From: Vulcanimicrobiota bacterium
Lineage (GTDB): Bacteria; Vulcanimicrobiota; Vulcanimicrobiia; Vulcanimicrobiales; Vulcanimicrobiaceae
Direction of reading: 5' to 3'
Assembly: GCA_963812155.1 (NCBI GenBank)
Contig: CAWETW010000003.1
Coordinates: forward strand, 672,001-736,000
Length of the DNA: 64,000 bases
Shown: one piece after another, positions 41,335 through 49,709 of the stretch
How the letters are laid out: every line of letters starts with the position of its first letter
Numbering within the stretch: the first letter of the stretch is position 1
Made by a program: the position numbers and the translations under genes
Notes under the pieces: generated by a model
Databases searched by the model: none
What the model was told of the DNA's origin: nothing
Seen by the model: only the letters and a program-made list of their open reading frames with translations

Positions 41335-42579
41335 CTATGGGAAGATCGAAGCGAAGGTCGGACACTGCGGCAGCATTGAAGGGGATGTCGTCTTGGCGCG
41401 GTTCTTCAGCCAGCAGTTACCGCGTCCGTTCGCGGACCATGCTAAGTCGATGCCGTTGTAAAGCGCCGTATTTCGCTCGGTGCGATTGTGGTGCGGAAGC
41501 GGATTGAATCCGAGACTGCCGCACTGGCTCTGCGGAATCTGGAACGCCGTACAAACGTCGGTAACGGCAATACCGTAGGTCGTATTGCCGGTTACGCGAT
41601 TGCCAGTCGTCAGGTTATCGCTCCCGCCCGCGACTGCAATTCCGACTCCCGGCGGCACCAGACAGACGGGATCGTTCGGCACCGAGCATTTGTTGGGCCG
41701 ATTATTGTCGCGCACGAGGTTGTCGCTGACGACATTGTTGCGGCTTCTCAGCAGCGGGTCGCCGGGAATGATGAACTCTAGGATTCCAGCCGTGTTGTGA
41801 AAGGCGGTATTATGGTCGAGCTGCGAGTTGATCGTGTTTTCAAGCTCCAGGCCGGACACGTTATCATACGCAAGATTGTGGTCCGCACGCACGTCATGCG
41901 ACAAACCAACATAGATCCCGGTGTCCGTCGCCCCCGACGCAATATTGTCGTGTGCGCGGCCCTTTCCGGAGAAGACGGGATACAGGCCGTACAGCTCGTT
42001 GTTCTGCGTCGTATTGTATGCGAGTTCCCAATCGTCGACGCAGCTCAACACGATTCCGGAGCCTTTGAACCCTTTGATGACGAATCCAATGACTCGGCTA
42101 CCCTTAGTGTGATAGTCTGCGCCATGCTCGCACTGATAGGTTTTCCCAACTCCGATGCCATTCGTCAGTCCCGTTGGGTTATCGAGGACGACTGGCTGAG
42201 TCCCGCGGCGAGCCAAGAGGGAAATAGCGTCCTTGCTTACACTCACCGCGCAGGTTTGACTCGTATTAAACGGACAAGGACTGCCCGCTTCACGATATGT
42301 CCCGGGCTCTACTATGATGGTATCGCCCGGCCTCGCGAAGTCGACCGCTGCTTGTATCGACTGCCCAGGTCTCACTACGATGGGGCGCTTGTGCAGTGAC
42401 GACGAAGAGGCGTTCTGTGCCTCACGCCCGTCCCCGACCCGGGTTTGCAGAGTCGGTGTTTGCGGAATATTTGCTGTCGCCGACCCGCCCGCCGTCGAAG
42501 CGCCGCCGCAGGCCGAAAGAGCGAACACAGTCGCTGCTCCCGCAAGAGCTTGCCATGGGTCCGCGATTATGATTCGCAT
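41335..42579 (-). CDS. right-handed parallel beta-helix (NosD-like) lipoprotein
   Basis: Lipobox LSAC, PGQSIQAAVD..PGDTIIVEPGTYRE, D.GIYVG and DN..G.E.EN repeats; GAGGGAG RBS. Confidence 0.85.
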   Translation of the reverse strand: MRIIIADPWQALAGAATVFALSACGGASTAGGSATANIPQTPTLQTRVGDGREAQNASSSSLHKRPIVVRPGQSIQAAVDFARPGDTIIVEPGTYREAGSPCPFNTSQTCAVSVSKDAISLLARRGTQPVVLDNPTGLTNGIGVGKTYQCEHGADYHTKGSRVIGFVIKGFKGSGIVLSCVDDWELAYNTTQNNELYGLYPVFSGKGRAHDNIASGATDTGIYVGLSHDVRADHNLAYDNVSGLELENTINSQLDHNTAFHNTAGILEFIIPGDPLLRSRNNVVSDNLVRDNNRPNKCSVPNDPVCLVPPGVGIAVAGGSDNLTTGNRVTGNTTYGIAVTDVCTAFQIPQSQCGSLGFNPLPHHNRTERNTALYNGIDLAWSANGRGNCWLKNRAKTTSPSMLPQCPTFASIFP

Positions 42580-43004
42580 TCAGTTCTCCCTCGTGCGATG
42601 GTTCTTGGGGGTCAAAAACCTTGACGCATGTGGACTGGAGCGTTCATTGACTGCCAGTAAGTGCGCCGCGCATACGGCTGTGGCTGATAGCTTAAGCATG
42701 ATTCGCCCCTTTTGAAGTAGCTCGGGCAAAAGGGCTTACTCGCCCAATCTGGCTCCAAGGCAAGCGAGCATCCGTCCAGCGCCTTCGAGCCAAGTCGCGA
42801 ATTACCTAGGACTCGCGTCTGGCACTGGCTCCGTGCTTGCGCTGCTCAGGATGGGCCGGGATTCCATTTTGCAACTTCTGTACCGCCAGCTGCCGCGCCG
42901 ATTTTGCACGCTGGTTCGGTAAAGTTCGCGGACGGTTCAGACACTTGGAGTGGAGCCGCTCGGTCACGCTGGCCGCACCTTTGGAACCGATTACCAGCCC
43001 CCTA

Positions 43005-43245
43005 GCCACCCCGCAGCCACGCCACCGATCGCGCCGCCGTCACACCTGCGAGCGCCTCGCAGCACAGGAGCCTAGCTCGCAGCAGCCTCGCAGCTTAGCG
43101 CGCGTTGTTTAGCGCACTGCCGCTCGGATCGCGGCAGCTTTGCAGCCTAGCAGATCGGCGGCCGGCTGCGCGGCGCTGGGCGCGAGCTAGGCTGCCGCGC
43201 TGTGAGGCCCGCCAGGCCGTCTGCTGAGCGGGATCGGTTGCTTGA
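43005..43245. repeat. about 240-bp GC-rich foldback element whose left arm is the right copy of the 56-bp IR
   Basis: Nested pairings 43025-30/43232-37, 43054-65/43197-208, perfect 12 bp 43069-80/43182-93, internal stem 43117-23/43131-37. Confidence 0.7.
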
Positions 43246-43279
43246 CGCTCAGCCTAAACAGTTGTACTATCGAACTGTT
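43242..43279 (+). promoter_or_regulatory. sigma70-type promoter with overlapping MarR operator
   Basis: TTGACG-N17-TACTAT; inverted repeat AACAGTT-N9-AACTGTT (43257-43279) straddles the -10. Confidence 0.7.
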
Positions 43280-43730
43280 GCGAAGTCGAACTAATCGTAA
43301 AGAAGTCAAGCCCCTTTCCTTTCAGGAAGAAATTGTTTCGCTCATACGCAGCCTCGGGCTGCACAGACCTGACCAAACACCGTGTGGCCAGCCAATTGCC
43401 GTCGCAGAAGCGCAGGCCGTTCTTGAACTGTCACGAGAGCCACGGATATCACAGAATGGCCTGGCGGCGCGGCTTCGCCTAGAGAAGAGCACAGTCAGCC
43501 GAATCGCAGCAATCCTAGAGAGTCGGGGTTGGCTTGAACGCGCACGTGATAAGGATGACTCGCGCATCTTACGACTGCGTTTGACGCCACTTGGTTCCAG
43601 AGTAGCCCGGAGCCTGGCCGCATCGCGCGTTGCGAGGTTCTCAAAAGTCTTTGCGGCGATACCAGAGCACCAGCGGGCGTCCGTCCTTGAGTCCCTATCC
43701 ATTCTGACTGAGGTTTTAAATGAGAATTGA
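43278..43730 (+). CDS. MarR-family transcriptional regulator (TPCG motif)
   Basis: LAARLRLEKSTVSR, RGWLER, DDSR..RLRLT..G wHTH pattern; start placed at TTG 43278 because TTG 43242 is the -35 box. Confidence 0.88.
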   Translation: MRSRTNRKEVKPLSFQEEIVSLIRSLGLHRPDQTPCGQPIAVAEAQAVLELSREPRISQNGLAARLRLEKSTVSRIAAILESRGWLERARDKDDSRILRLRLTPLGSRVARSLAASRVARFSKVFAAIPEHQRASVLESLSILTEVLNEN

Positions 43731-44199
43731 ACTGCTATCTATCGCGGCGTTTGCGGCCTTGACCAGCCCAGCCTATGCCGACACGCCGTCGGCGAATCAG
43801 AATGCCGTTATGATCCACGGCGCGCAGATCATGCCCTTCGACATGAGTACCGCTAAGCATATGTTTCTACCAAGCTCCAATGGCGGCGTCGTCGAAGTTA
43901 TGGTTAACAACATGGAGCCAACGCAGATCGCACTTGTACGTTCGCATTTGCTCGCAGAAGCCGCGAAGTTTGCTCGCGGCGATTATTCGGACCCCGCGTA
44001 CATTCACGGTAAGATGATGCCGGGTCTAGCCAAGTTGGAGTCTGGCGCGGCGCGGGTATCGGTTCGCTATTTTGAAACGCCAACAGGCGCGGCGATCACC
44101 TTCAGTAGTGCAGATCGCGAAATGGTGTCAGCCGTCCACGATTGGCTTGCCGCACAGCAACGCGACCACGGATCGGATGGCACGAAGCATAACGCCTGA
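43720..44199 (+). CDS. secreted His/Met-rich hypothetical protein
   Basis: GAGG RBS, signal peptide AYA, HGAQIMPF, IHG.MMPG and QQRDHG motifs; overlaps the marR 3' end. Confidence 0.8.
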   Translation: MRIELLSIAAFAALTSPAYADTPSANQNAVMIHGAQIMPFDMSTAKHMFLPSSNGGVVEVMVNNMEPTQIALVRSHLLAEAAKFARGDYSDPAYIHGKMMPGLAKLESGAARVSVRYFETPTGAAITFSSADREMVSAVHDWLAAQQRDHGSDGTKHNA

Positions 44200-44437
44200 T
44201 CATCGGCGCTGTCATCCGAAACTGTTGGTTCTCGCCTATGGCATTCTTCGGTCCAGCGCCGCTTTGATGCAAACTACGCTTGACGCGTAATACGGTATCT
44301 ATCCCGCACCGCAGAGTAGCGGGCATAGGAGGGCGGTCTTCACACTTCCCTAAAACTCCAAGCGAACCTTAGCTCTCGCGCGACAAAATATCGTATTTGC
44401 TGCGATTCAAGTAACTCGCATTACGCAGTCGCTTCCT

Positions 44438-44839
44438 CTAGCTGCTATGCACTAGCTGATCGAGCAACGAGTCCATTGTGCGTGCCGCTAGCTTTTGGCC
44501 TACAGCGCGATCGAAGACGCGCCCCACGACACCACCAGGCGGCTCGTACGAGCCTTCGAGTACGAGCTCCGTTTCTTCGCCGGCCGGGCGAACCGTAAGC
44601 GTCGCGCCAAACAACGGAAAACCGCGCCAAGCCGGTCGCCACGCAAACGCCACACCGACACGAGGCGGAAGGACCCTCGTCCAGTCGTAAAGGAGTGAGT
44701 ATCGAACCTCGACGCCCGCCGTTGAGGAACCCAAAGCCCTCACCTGGAGCTTTGGCCGTTGCGAAAAGAACTCTTGGAGGCGAGCGATCACGTCACTCTG
44801 AGGCTCGTGGATTCGTGCCGTTCGTGCTATTCGCGTCAT
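44438..44839 (-). CDS. hypothetical protein (SRPBCC/START-like C-terminal pattern)
   Basis: FPLFGATLTVRP...LEGSYEPPGG..G..FD..VG..LA. Confidence 0.65.
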   Translation of the reverse strand: MTRIARTARIHEPQSDVIARLQEFFSQRPKLQVRALGSSTAGVEVRYSLLYDWTRVLPPRVGVAFAWRPAWRGFPLFGATLTVRPAGEETELVLEGSYEPPGGVVGRVFDRAVGQKLAARTMDSLLDQLVHSS

Positions 44840-45246
44840 AGGTGGATTATTTTCCTAGTCGCGCGAGGCCACCCTCACGTTCAACCATATTCTTTAGTCG
44901 CCCTGGGCTGATCGGATTGTTCTCGCAAAGCGCTGCAAAGGAAGCGCGAGAATCGGCTCTCAGCCACCGCGCCGGGATTTATGCGGGATTGCGAAACCGA
45001 ATCCGCACGTCCCGCCAGGATCCGAAATACAAGCCCGCGCGACGAATTGAAGAAAAGCAATTAACATCTTCGCATTCTCACTGGCGCGGTGCGGTTCGCG
45101 CGGAGACTCGTGTCTCGCATCCGCGGCATTGGCTGGCATGGACCCGTTTGGCAGAAGCCTCTCTTTCGTCGCGAGAACCTAACTTAAGTTGGCGTCTGAG
45201 TTCTAGGGTCGCGGTATACTCGTTGTTGTAAGGAGAGTATCAGAAC

Positions 45247-45603
45247 ATGTTGCGTAGCAGGTTTTTTGGCCTCATAACTCTAGCGGCGATCATCCCGCTC
45301 GTGGGCGGCGTGCCTGCGGGCGCGCACCCCAGCGTCGACGTTGTAGCTTCGAACTGGAAGTTCACCCCCTCGACGATAGATCTTCACGCCGGGGAAACCA
45401 CGAGTATTCGGCTTACGTCGAGCGAGGGCGTGCACGGGCTCAAATCCGACGACCTCGGTATCCCGCAAACGGCCATCACTCCCGGGCAGTTCACGACGGT
45501 GACCGTAACGCCGAAGAAAGCCGGCAAGTACGTCCTGCACTGCGCGATTATGTGCGGCGCAGGACATGCCGATATGACGCTGACGGTGAATGTGTTGCCT
45601 TAA
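45247..45603 (+). CDS. soluble secreted CuA-type cupredoxin (CoxII C-terminal-like domain)
   Basis: TAAGGAG RBS, signal peptide, HG upstream and C-x3-C-x3-H-x2-M (CAIMCGAGHADM); no TM anchor. Confidence 0.85.
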   Translation: MLRSRFFGLITLAAIIPLVGGVPAGAHPSVDVVASNWKFTPSTIDLHAGETTSIRLTSSEGVHGLKSDDLGIPQTAITPGQFTTVTVTPKKAGKYVLHCAIMCGAGHADMTLTVNVLP

Positions 45604-45742
45604 GGGCGTTGGCCGCGGTGGCATGCTACCGCCGTGATCGCCAAGCCGGCTTCTCTTTGGGAGGACAGAGGCAATGGACGTAGGAATTGCTTCCACAAAC
45701 GAGGGCGAGCGGGATTCCGCAACGTTCTCGGGGAGAGTGGCG

Positions 45743-46939
45743 ATGCCAATCAGATCCACGTTCGAGATGCTCGTCACTACCAGTTTAGGCATTTTTAGCG
45801 CAATCGCCGTTGTCGTTATGGCAGTCGTGCTCGCCACGAGCCGACCCGCACAGGCGATGCCCAATTTTGCGCAAGCCTATGGCGTAGCTTGTTCGGAATG
45901 TCACGTCCAAATTCCAGCGCTCAATGCATATGGTCGGTATGTCCAGCGTACGGGATATTCGGGATTGAATCCTCACGTGTTGGAGCGTGAGTCGCCTATT
46001 TGGGTCGATTACCCGGTGAGCTACTCTCAGCAAGCGCCAAACGCTGCATCCTGGGACATCGGCAGTCTGGGGTTGCACGCCGACGGCGCGTTCGGAACGC
46101 CCAACAGTGAATGGACGTATCACGTCCAGCAGTGGATTTGGCAATCGAGCCAGGCCGGCGGTCTCGATACAGCGTGGGTCGCCTATAATAATTTCTTCAA
46201 TGGAGCCGGGCACATCTTTGCGGGAAAACTTGAAGTACCGGCTCCGTCAGAGTTCAGCCAGTGGTTCGACGTTTCAGGTCTTACTTCCAACTCCCAGGCA
46301 GAGATCACCGTCGGCGAACACGCATACGAATTAGATGCGAACCGGTGGGGATACAAGTTTGCCTATATGCCCGGTTCGCTCGATGCAGAGATTGCCTACG
46401 TGACGTCGGGTGCCGACTTGAACGGCTTCAACAATTACGACTGGACGCAGGACAAGACGCTCCAATACAAAGTCGCGTTCGCGAACCGCGGCAATCCTCT
46501 GGAGTTTGGCTATTACGGCGCGCGCGGATCGTGGCCGCTCAGCGAAGGCGGATTCGACCAATACTACAGCAATGGATTCTACGCGCAGCGCGATCCCGTC
46601 AATAGCGTTCCCGGTTTCCTAGCGGTGTATCAGATGAATCACGACAGCAATCCCGGTATGGGCTTGCCGTCGTCCGGCAGCAATGGCGTATCCTACGAGC
46701 TGTATGATAACATCGGCAAGCGGGCGTTGCTCGCGGTTGGCGAGCAGCTCACGAACGACGGATTGGGCAATCACACGCAGATCGGCAATATCGATGCTTC
46801 CTATCACATCACACGCTTCATTACGATCTACGCCGAAGAAGCGCTTGGGGTTGGGCAAAAGCCAACGTGGAACGGGTTGATCTGGTTCGCGCTTCCGACG
46901 GGTCCACTGTGGCCGCCGCTCTCGCAGACAGGGTGGTGA
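45743..46939 (+). CDS. Cyc2-like monohaem cytochrome c fused to a putative outer-membrane beta-barrel
   Basis: Signal peptide AQA then MPNFAQAYGVACSECHVQIPALNAYGRYVQRTGY, resembling the Cyc2 N-terminal PxFAR...CxxCH...PxLxxxGR...G[FY] pattern; remainder has aromatic alternating beta-strand patterns. Confidence 0.7.
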   Translation: MPIRSTFEMLVTTSLGIFSAIAVVVMAVVLATSRPAQAMPNFAQAYGVACSECHVQIPALNAYGRYVQRTGYSGLNPHVLERESPIWVDYPVSYSQQAPNAASWDIGSLGLHADGAFGTPNSEWTYHVQQWIWQSSQAGGLDTAWVAYNNFFNGAGHIFAGKLEVPAPSEFSQWFDVSGLTSNSQAEITVGEHAYELDANRWGYKFAYMPGSLDAEIAYVTSGADLNGFNNYDWTQDKTLQYKVAFANRGNPLEFGYYGARGSWPLSEGGFDQYYSNGFYAQRDPVNSVPGFLAVYQMNHDSNPGMGLPSSGSNGVSYELYDNIGKRALLAVGEQLTNDGLGNHTQIGNIDASYHITRFITIYAEEALGVGQKPTWNGLIWFALPTGPLWPPLSQTGW

Positions 46940-47003
46940 TGTGAATCGTCGAAGCCGTCCTCCGTAAGAGCGGGCAGATGCCTCGCCAGACGGAGGTCGT
47001 GCT

Positions 47004-48023
47004 TTGAGCAACACCGTTAGGCTCGCCTACCTCGCAGGATTTGTCGCCGTCACGATCACGCTCGTGCATTTTAACGGCAAGGTCATGGGCGCCCAGGCCA
47101 TCGACGGTAAGGCGGTTTTCGCGCTCAATTGCGCTGCTTGCCACGGCGCAAACGGTCAGGGTGGCGGACCCTATCCTCCGTTAGCTAACAACCCCGCCGT
47201 CAACGCGGTCGATAGTGCCGGCGTCATTCAGGTCGTATTGAACGGGCGCACGGGACCCATTACGGTTAATGGTGCGCAATACGGCGGCAACATGCCGTCG
47301 TGGCGCGAGTTGTCCGATGCGGATATCGCGGCAGTGCTGACGTACGTACGTTCGGCCTGGAACAACAGTGCGCCGGCGGTTTCTGCCGACCAAGTTGCAG
47401 CCGCGCGGGCACCGGTAGCGATGAGCGGCGAGGCGCTCTTTGCCACACATTGCGCGACATGTCATCAAGTGACGGGCCTAGGCACCGACACTTTTCCACC
47501 GCTCGCTGGAAACTCGGTGATTACTTCCACCGATCCGAGTGTGATGATCGCGGTGATCGTCAACGGTCGCAGTGGTCCACTGGCCGTCAACGGCAAAATG
47601 TACAATAGCACAATGCCAACCTGGAAAGGACAGCTGACGAACGCCGACATTGCTTCGGTCGCAACCTACGTCCGGTCTGCTTGGGGCAACAGTGCGTCAC
47701 CCGTAACTGAAGACCAAGTCGCTGCCGCCGGCGCGCCAGTTTCCGCTCAAGTCGGAGCTTCCGTTTACGCAAAGAATTGCGCGGCTTGCCACGGAGCCAC
47801 CGGAAACGGTGGAATCGGCCCCGCGCTCGCCGGAAATCCTCACGTGAACATCGACAATGCAAGCGTCATGCTGACGACGATCGTACAAGGTCGAAGTCTT
47901 ATGCCGTCCTGGCGAGGGCAACTCGCAGCCAGCGATATCGCGGCCGTCGCAACGTTTATTCGGTCTTCATGGGGCAATCGCGCGCCGGGAGTGACGGTGC
48001 AACAGGTGATGGCGATCAAATAA
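47004..48023 (+). CDS. trihaem cytochrome c (three tandem class I domains)
   Basis: GGAGG RBS with TTG start; CAACH, CATCH and CAACH each followed by an MPxW axial Met motif. Confidence 0.9.
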   Translation: MSNTVRLAYLAGFVAVTITLVHFNGKVMGAQAIDGKAVFALNCAACHGANGQGGGPYPPLANNPAVNAVDSAGVIQVVLNGRTGPITVNGAQYGGNMPSWRELSDADIAAVLTYVRSAWNNSAPAVSADQVAAARAPVAMSGEALFATHCATCHQVTGLGTDTFPPLAGNSVITSTDPSVMIAVIVNGRSGPLAVNGKMYNSTMPTWKGQLTNADIASVATYVRSAWGNSASPVTEDQVAAAGAPVSAQVGASVYAKNCAACHGATGNGGIGPALAGNPHVNIDNASVMLTTIVQGRSLMPSWRGQLAASDIAAVATFIRSSWGNRAPGVTVQQVMAIK

Positions 48024-48056
48024 AACTGACTACAAATCGCTAAGGTAGGGGGGCAT

Positions 48057-48701
48057 CTAATAAGCAAGCGTAGCGGACGCGACGCTGGTGCCGGCGCGTC
48101 GCAATATGATTGACCTGATGCGCTCGTGGGGATGAATCAGGAGCGTTGCGGTCTCTCCAGCGCTCGCCAAAACGCCGAGATCCATTGTGCCCGTGGCCAT
48201 CTCTGCGATCGCGTGCAGTGGTCCGCGGGGCTTATCGGCGATGATGTATATCCACGAGCCGTCTCGCGCGTAGAGAATCTTTGCTGCCACAGGATACGCC
48301 GACTCAGGCGTCATCGAAACGTGGTTGAAATGACTGTGGACCATCGTTACGAGCGCGACGTCTTCAGTTGCGAGTCTTCCACGCAGCAGAAGCGTCTGCC
48401 ACCCCAGCCCGATAAGGGTTAGGGCGATCACTGCCGCAACGGCAAAGCGAAAGAAATTCGCATGGGGTATGCCTGTACGGGCGCGCGGCCGTATCGATTC
48501 TTGCAGCCGCCTTTTCAACGCCGGCGACGGCGCGGCGGCCGGTAATGCCGCAGCGAGCGAAGCCGCGGCGATTTGCGCTTGTGCGACTCGGTTGGCACAG
48601 GGTGAGCAAAACCTGATATGGTGCTCGACCTTGCGAACCGCATCGTCATCGAGGATCCCAAGCGGATACAGCTCCGCGTCTTCGCCGAGATGCTCGGTCA
48701 C
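48057..48701 (-). CDS. zinc-finger (HxxxCxxC) transmembrane anti-sigma factor
   Basis: YPLGILD...VEHHIRFCSPC, TM helix; overlaps the sigma gene stop. Confidence 0.85.
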   Translation of the reverse strand: MTEHLGEDAELYPLGILDDDAVRKVEHHIRFCSPCANRVAQAQIAAASLAAALPAAAPSPALKRRLQESIRPRARTGIPHANFFRFAVAAVIALTLIGLGWQTLLLRGRLATEDVALVTMVHSHFNHVSMTPESAYPVAAKILYARDGSWIYIIADKPRGPLHAIAEMATGTMDLGVLASAGETATLLIHPHERIRSIILRRAGTSVASATLAY

Positions 48702-49237
48702 GTACGGTTCCCTCCGGCACTCGCTAGTTCGGCCTGCAATTTACGCATTGCCATAGAAATACGGCTCTTGATCGTACCGAGTGGAACACCCAATTCGGCT
48801 GCAATCTCGACGTGCGTCTTGTTCCTATAGTACGCGAGCGCGAGCGCCGTGCGTTGTTCCTCCGGAAGTCGCGCAAGAGCCCCCTGCAGGCGTTGCGTCT
48901 CGACCGGGTCCGCGCTCGGCGGATCGACCGTCGTCACTGAAGACAGACGAGCCGTCTTCTGCTCTCGCGCGTCACGCCGGCCTTGACTGCGAAGCATCGC
49001 GAGCGATTCGTTGCGCACCGACGCAATCAAATACGCTTTGAGCATCTCGCGGTTACCTTCGAAGCGGTTGGGGGCGCGCCATACGCGGATGAGGGCATCG
49101 TGAACGCAGTCCTCCGCGCGCGCATTATCCGAGAGGGCGTGACGTGCGACGCTGACAAACATGCGCGACCAAAGCTCGTACGCCTTCTCAAGCCCCGAGG
49201 GCCTACGCGCGACGAAGTCATCAACGAGGTCGTCCAT
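48698..49237 (-). CDS. ECF sigma-70 factor (SigK-like)
   Basis: AEDCVHDALIRVW region 2; LPEEQR.ALALAYY..KTHVEIA.ELGVPLGTIKSR region 4. Confidence 0.92.
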   Translation of the reverse strand: MDDLVDDFVARRPSGLEKAYELWSRMFVSVARHALSDNARAEDCVHDALIRVWRAPNRFEGNREMLKAYLIASVRNESLAMLRSQGRRDAREQKTARLSSVTTVDPPSADPVETQRLQGALARLPEEQRTALALAYYRNKTHVEIAAELGVPLGTIKSRISMAMRKLQAELASAGGNRT

Positions 49238-49278
49238 CTACCCGACTGAGATACGGCCTCGTTCGTTTCACGCCCTTG

Positions 49279-49340
49279 ATATGCCGCCGAAGGCGGTCTC
49301 GGATGAGCCGACTCATCCGCGTACTGCGGCGGCGGCATAT
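49279..49340. promoter_or_regulatory. back-to-back ECF-type promoters CTCATCCG-N10-CGGCGGCATAT
   Basis: atatgccgccg-N10-cggatgag-ccga-ctcatccg-N10-cggcggcatat: identical bipartite motif on both strands with different spacers. Confidence 0.75.
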
Positions 49341-49348
49341 GCATTCAC

Positions 49349-49699
49349 ATGAAACCACTCTTTAGCGGCCTGCAGACCATCTTGCTGGTCATCGCCTTGA
49401 CATCCGCGGCAAACGCCGCCCCCCTCCTGCCCGCAGTCGCAACGGTCCACATCAAAGATTTCAAATATAATCCGCCGGCTCTTACCGTCCACGTGGGCGG
49501 TCGTGTCACGTTCATCAACGACGACGACGAAGCGCATACGGTGACGGCGAGCGACAAATCATTCGATTCCGAAGGCCTCGATACTAACGGCACGTGGCAG
49601 CACGTCTTCACAAAAGCCGGGACATACCACTACTTCTGCGAGCTGCATCCATACATGAAGGCAACGGTTATCGTTCTGCCGGCTGCGCCGGCAAAGTAA
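49349..49699 (+). CDS. cupredoxin (amicyanin/plastocyanin-like type 1 copper protein)
   Basis: Signal peptide, N.D.EAHTVT, GTYHYFCELHPYM. Confidence 0.92.
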   Translation: MKPLFSGLQTILLVIALTSAANAAPLLPAVATVHIKDFKYNPPALTVHVGGRVTFINDDDEAHTVTASDKSFDSEGLDTNGTWQHVFTKAGTYHYFCELHPYMKATVIVLPAAPAK

Positions 49700-49709
49700 G
49701 GAGCAACAC

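Noticed and set aside
44212..44239. TCATCCG-N15-GCCTAT, a near match to the ECF promoter motif
   Set aside because: No credible downstream ORF and it lacks the CGGCG part; may be chance
45247..45603. Cytochrome c oxidase subunit II or nitrous oxide reductase call
   Set aside because: Only a 118-aa CuA domain; no TM helices, no subunit I and no NosZ propeller
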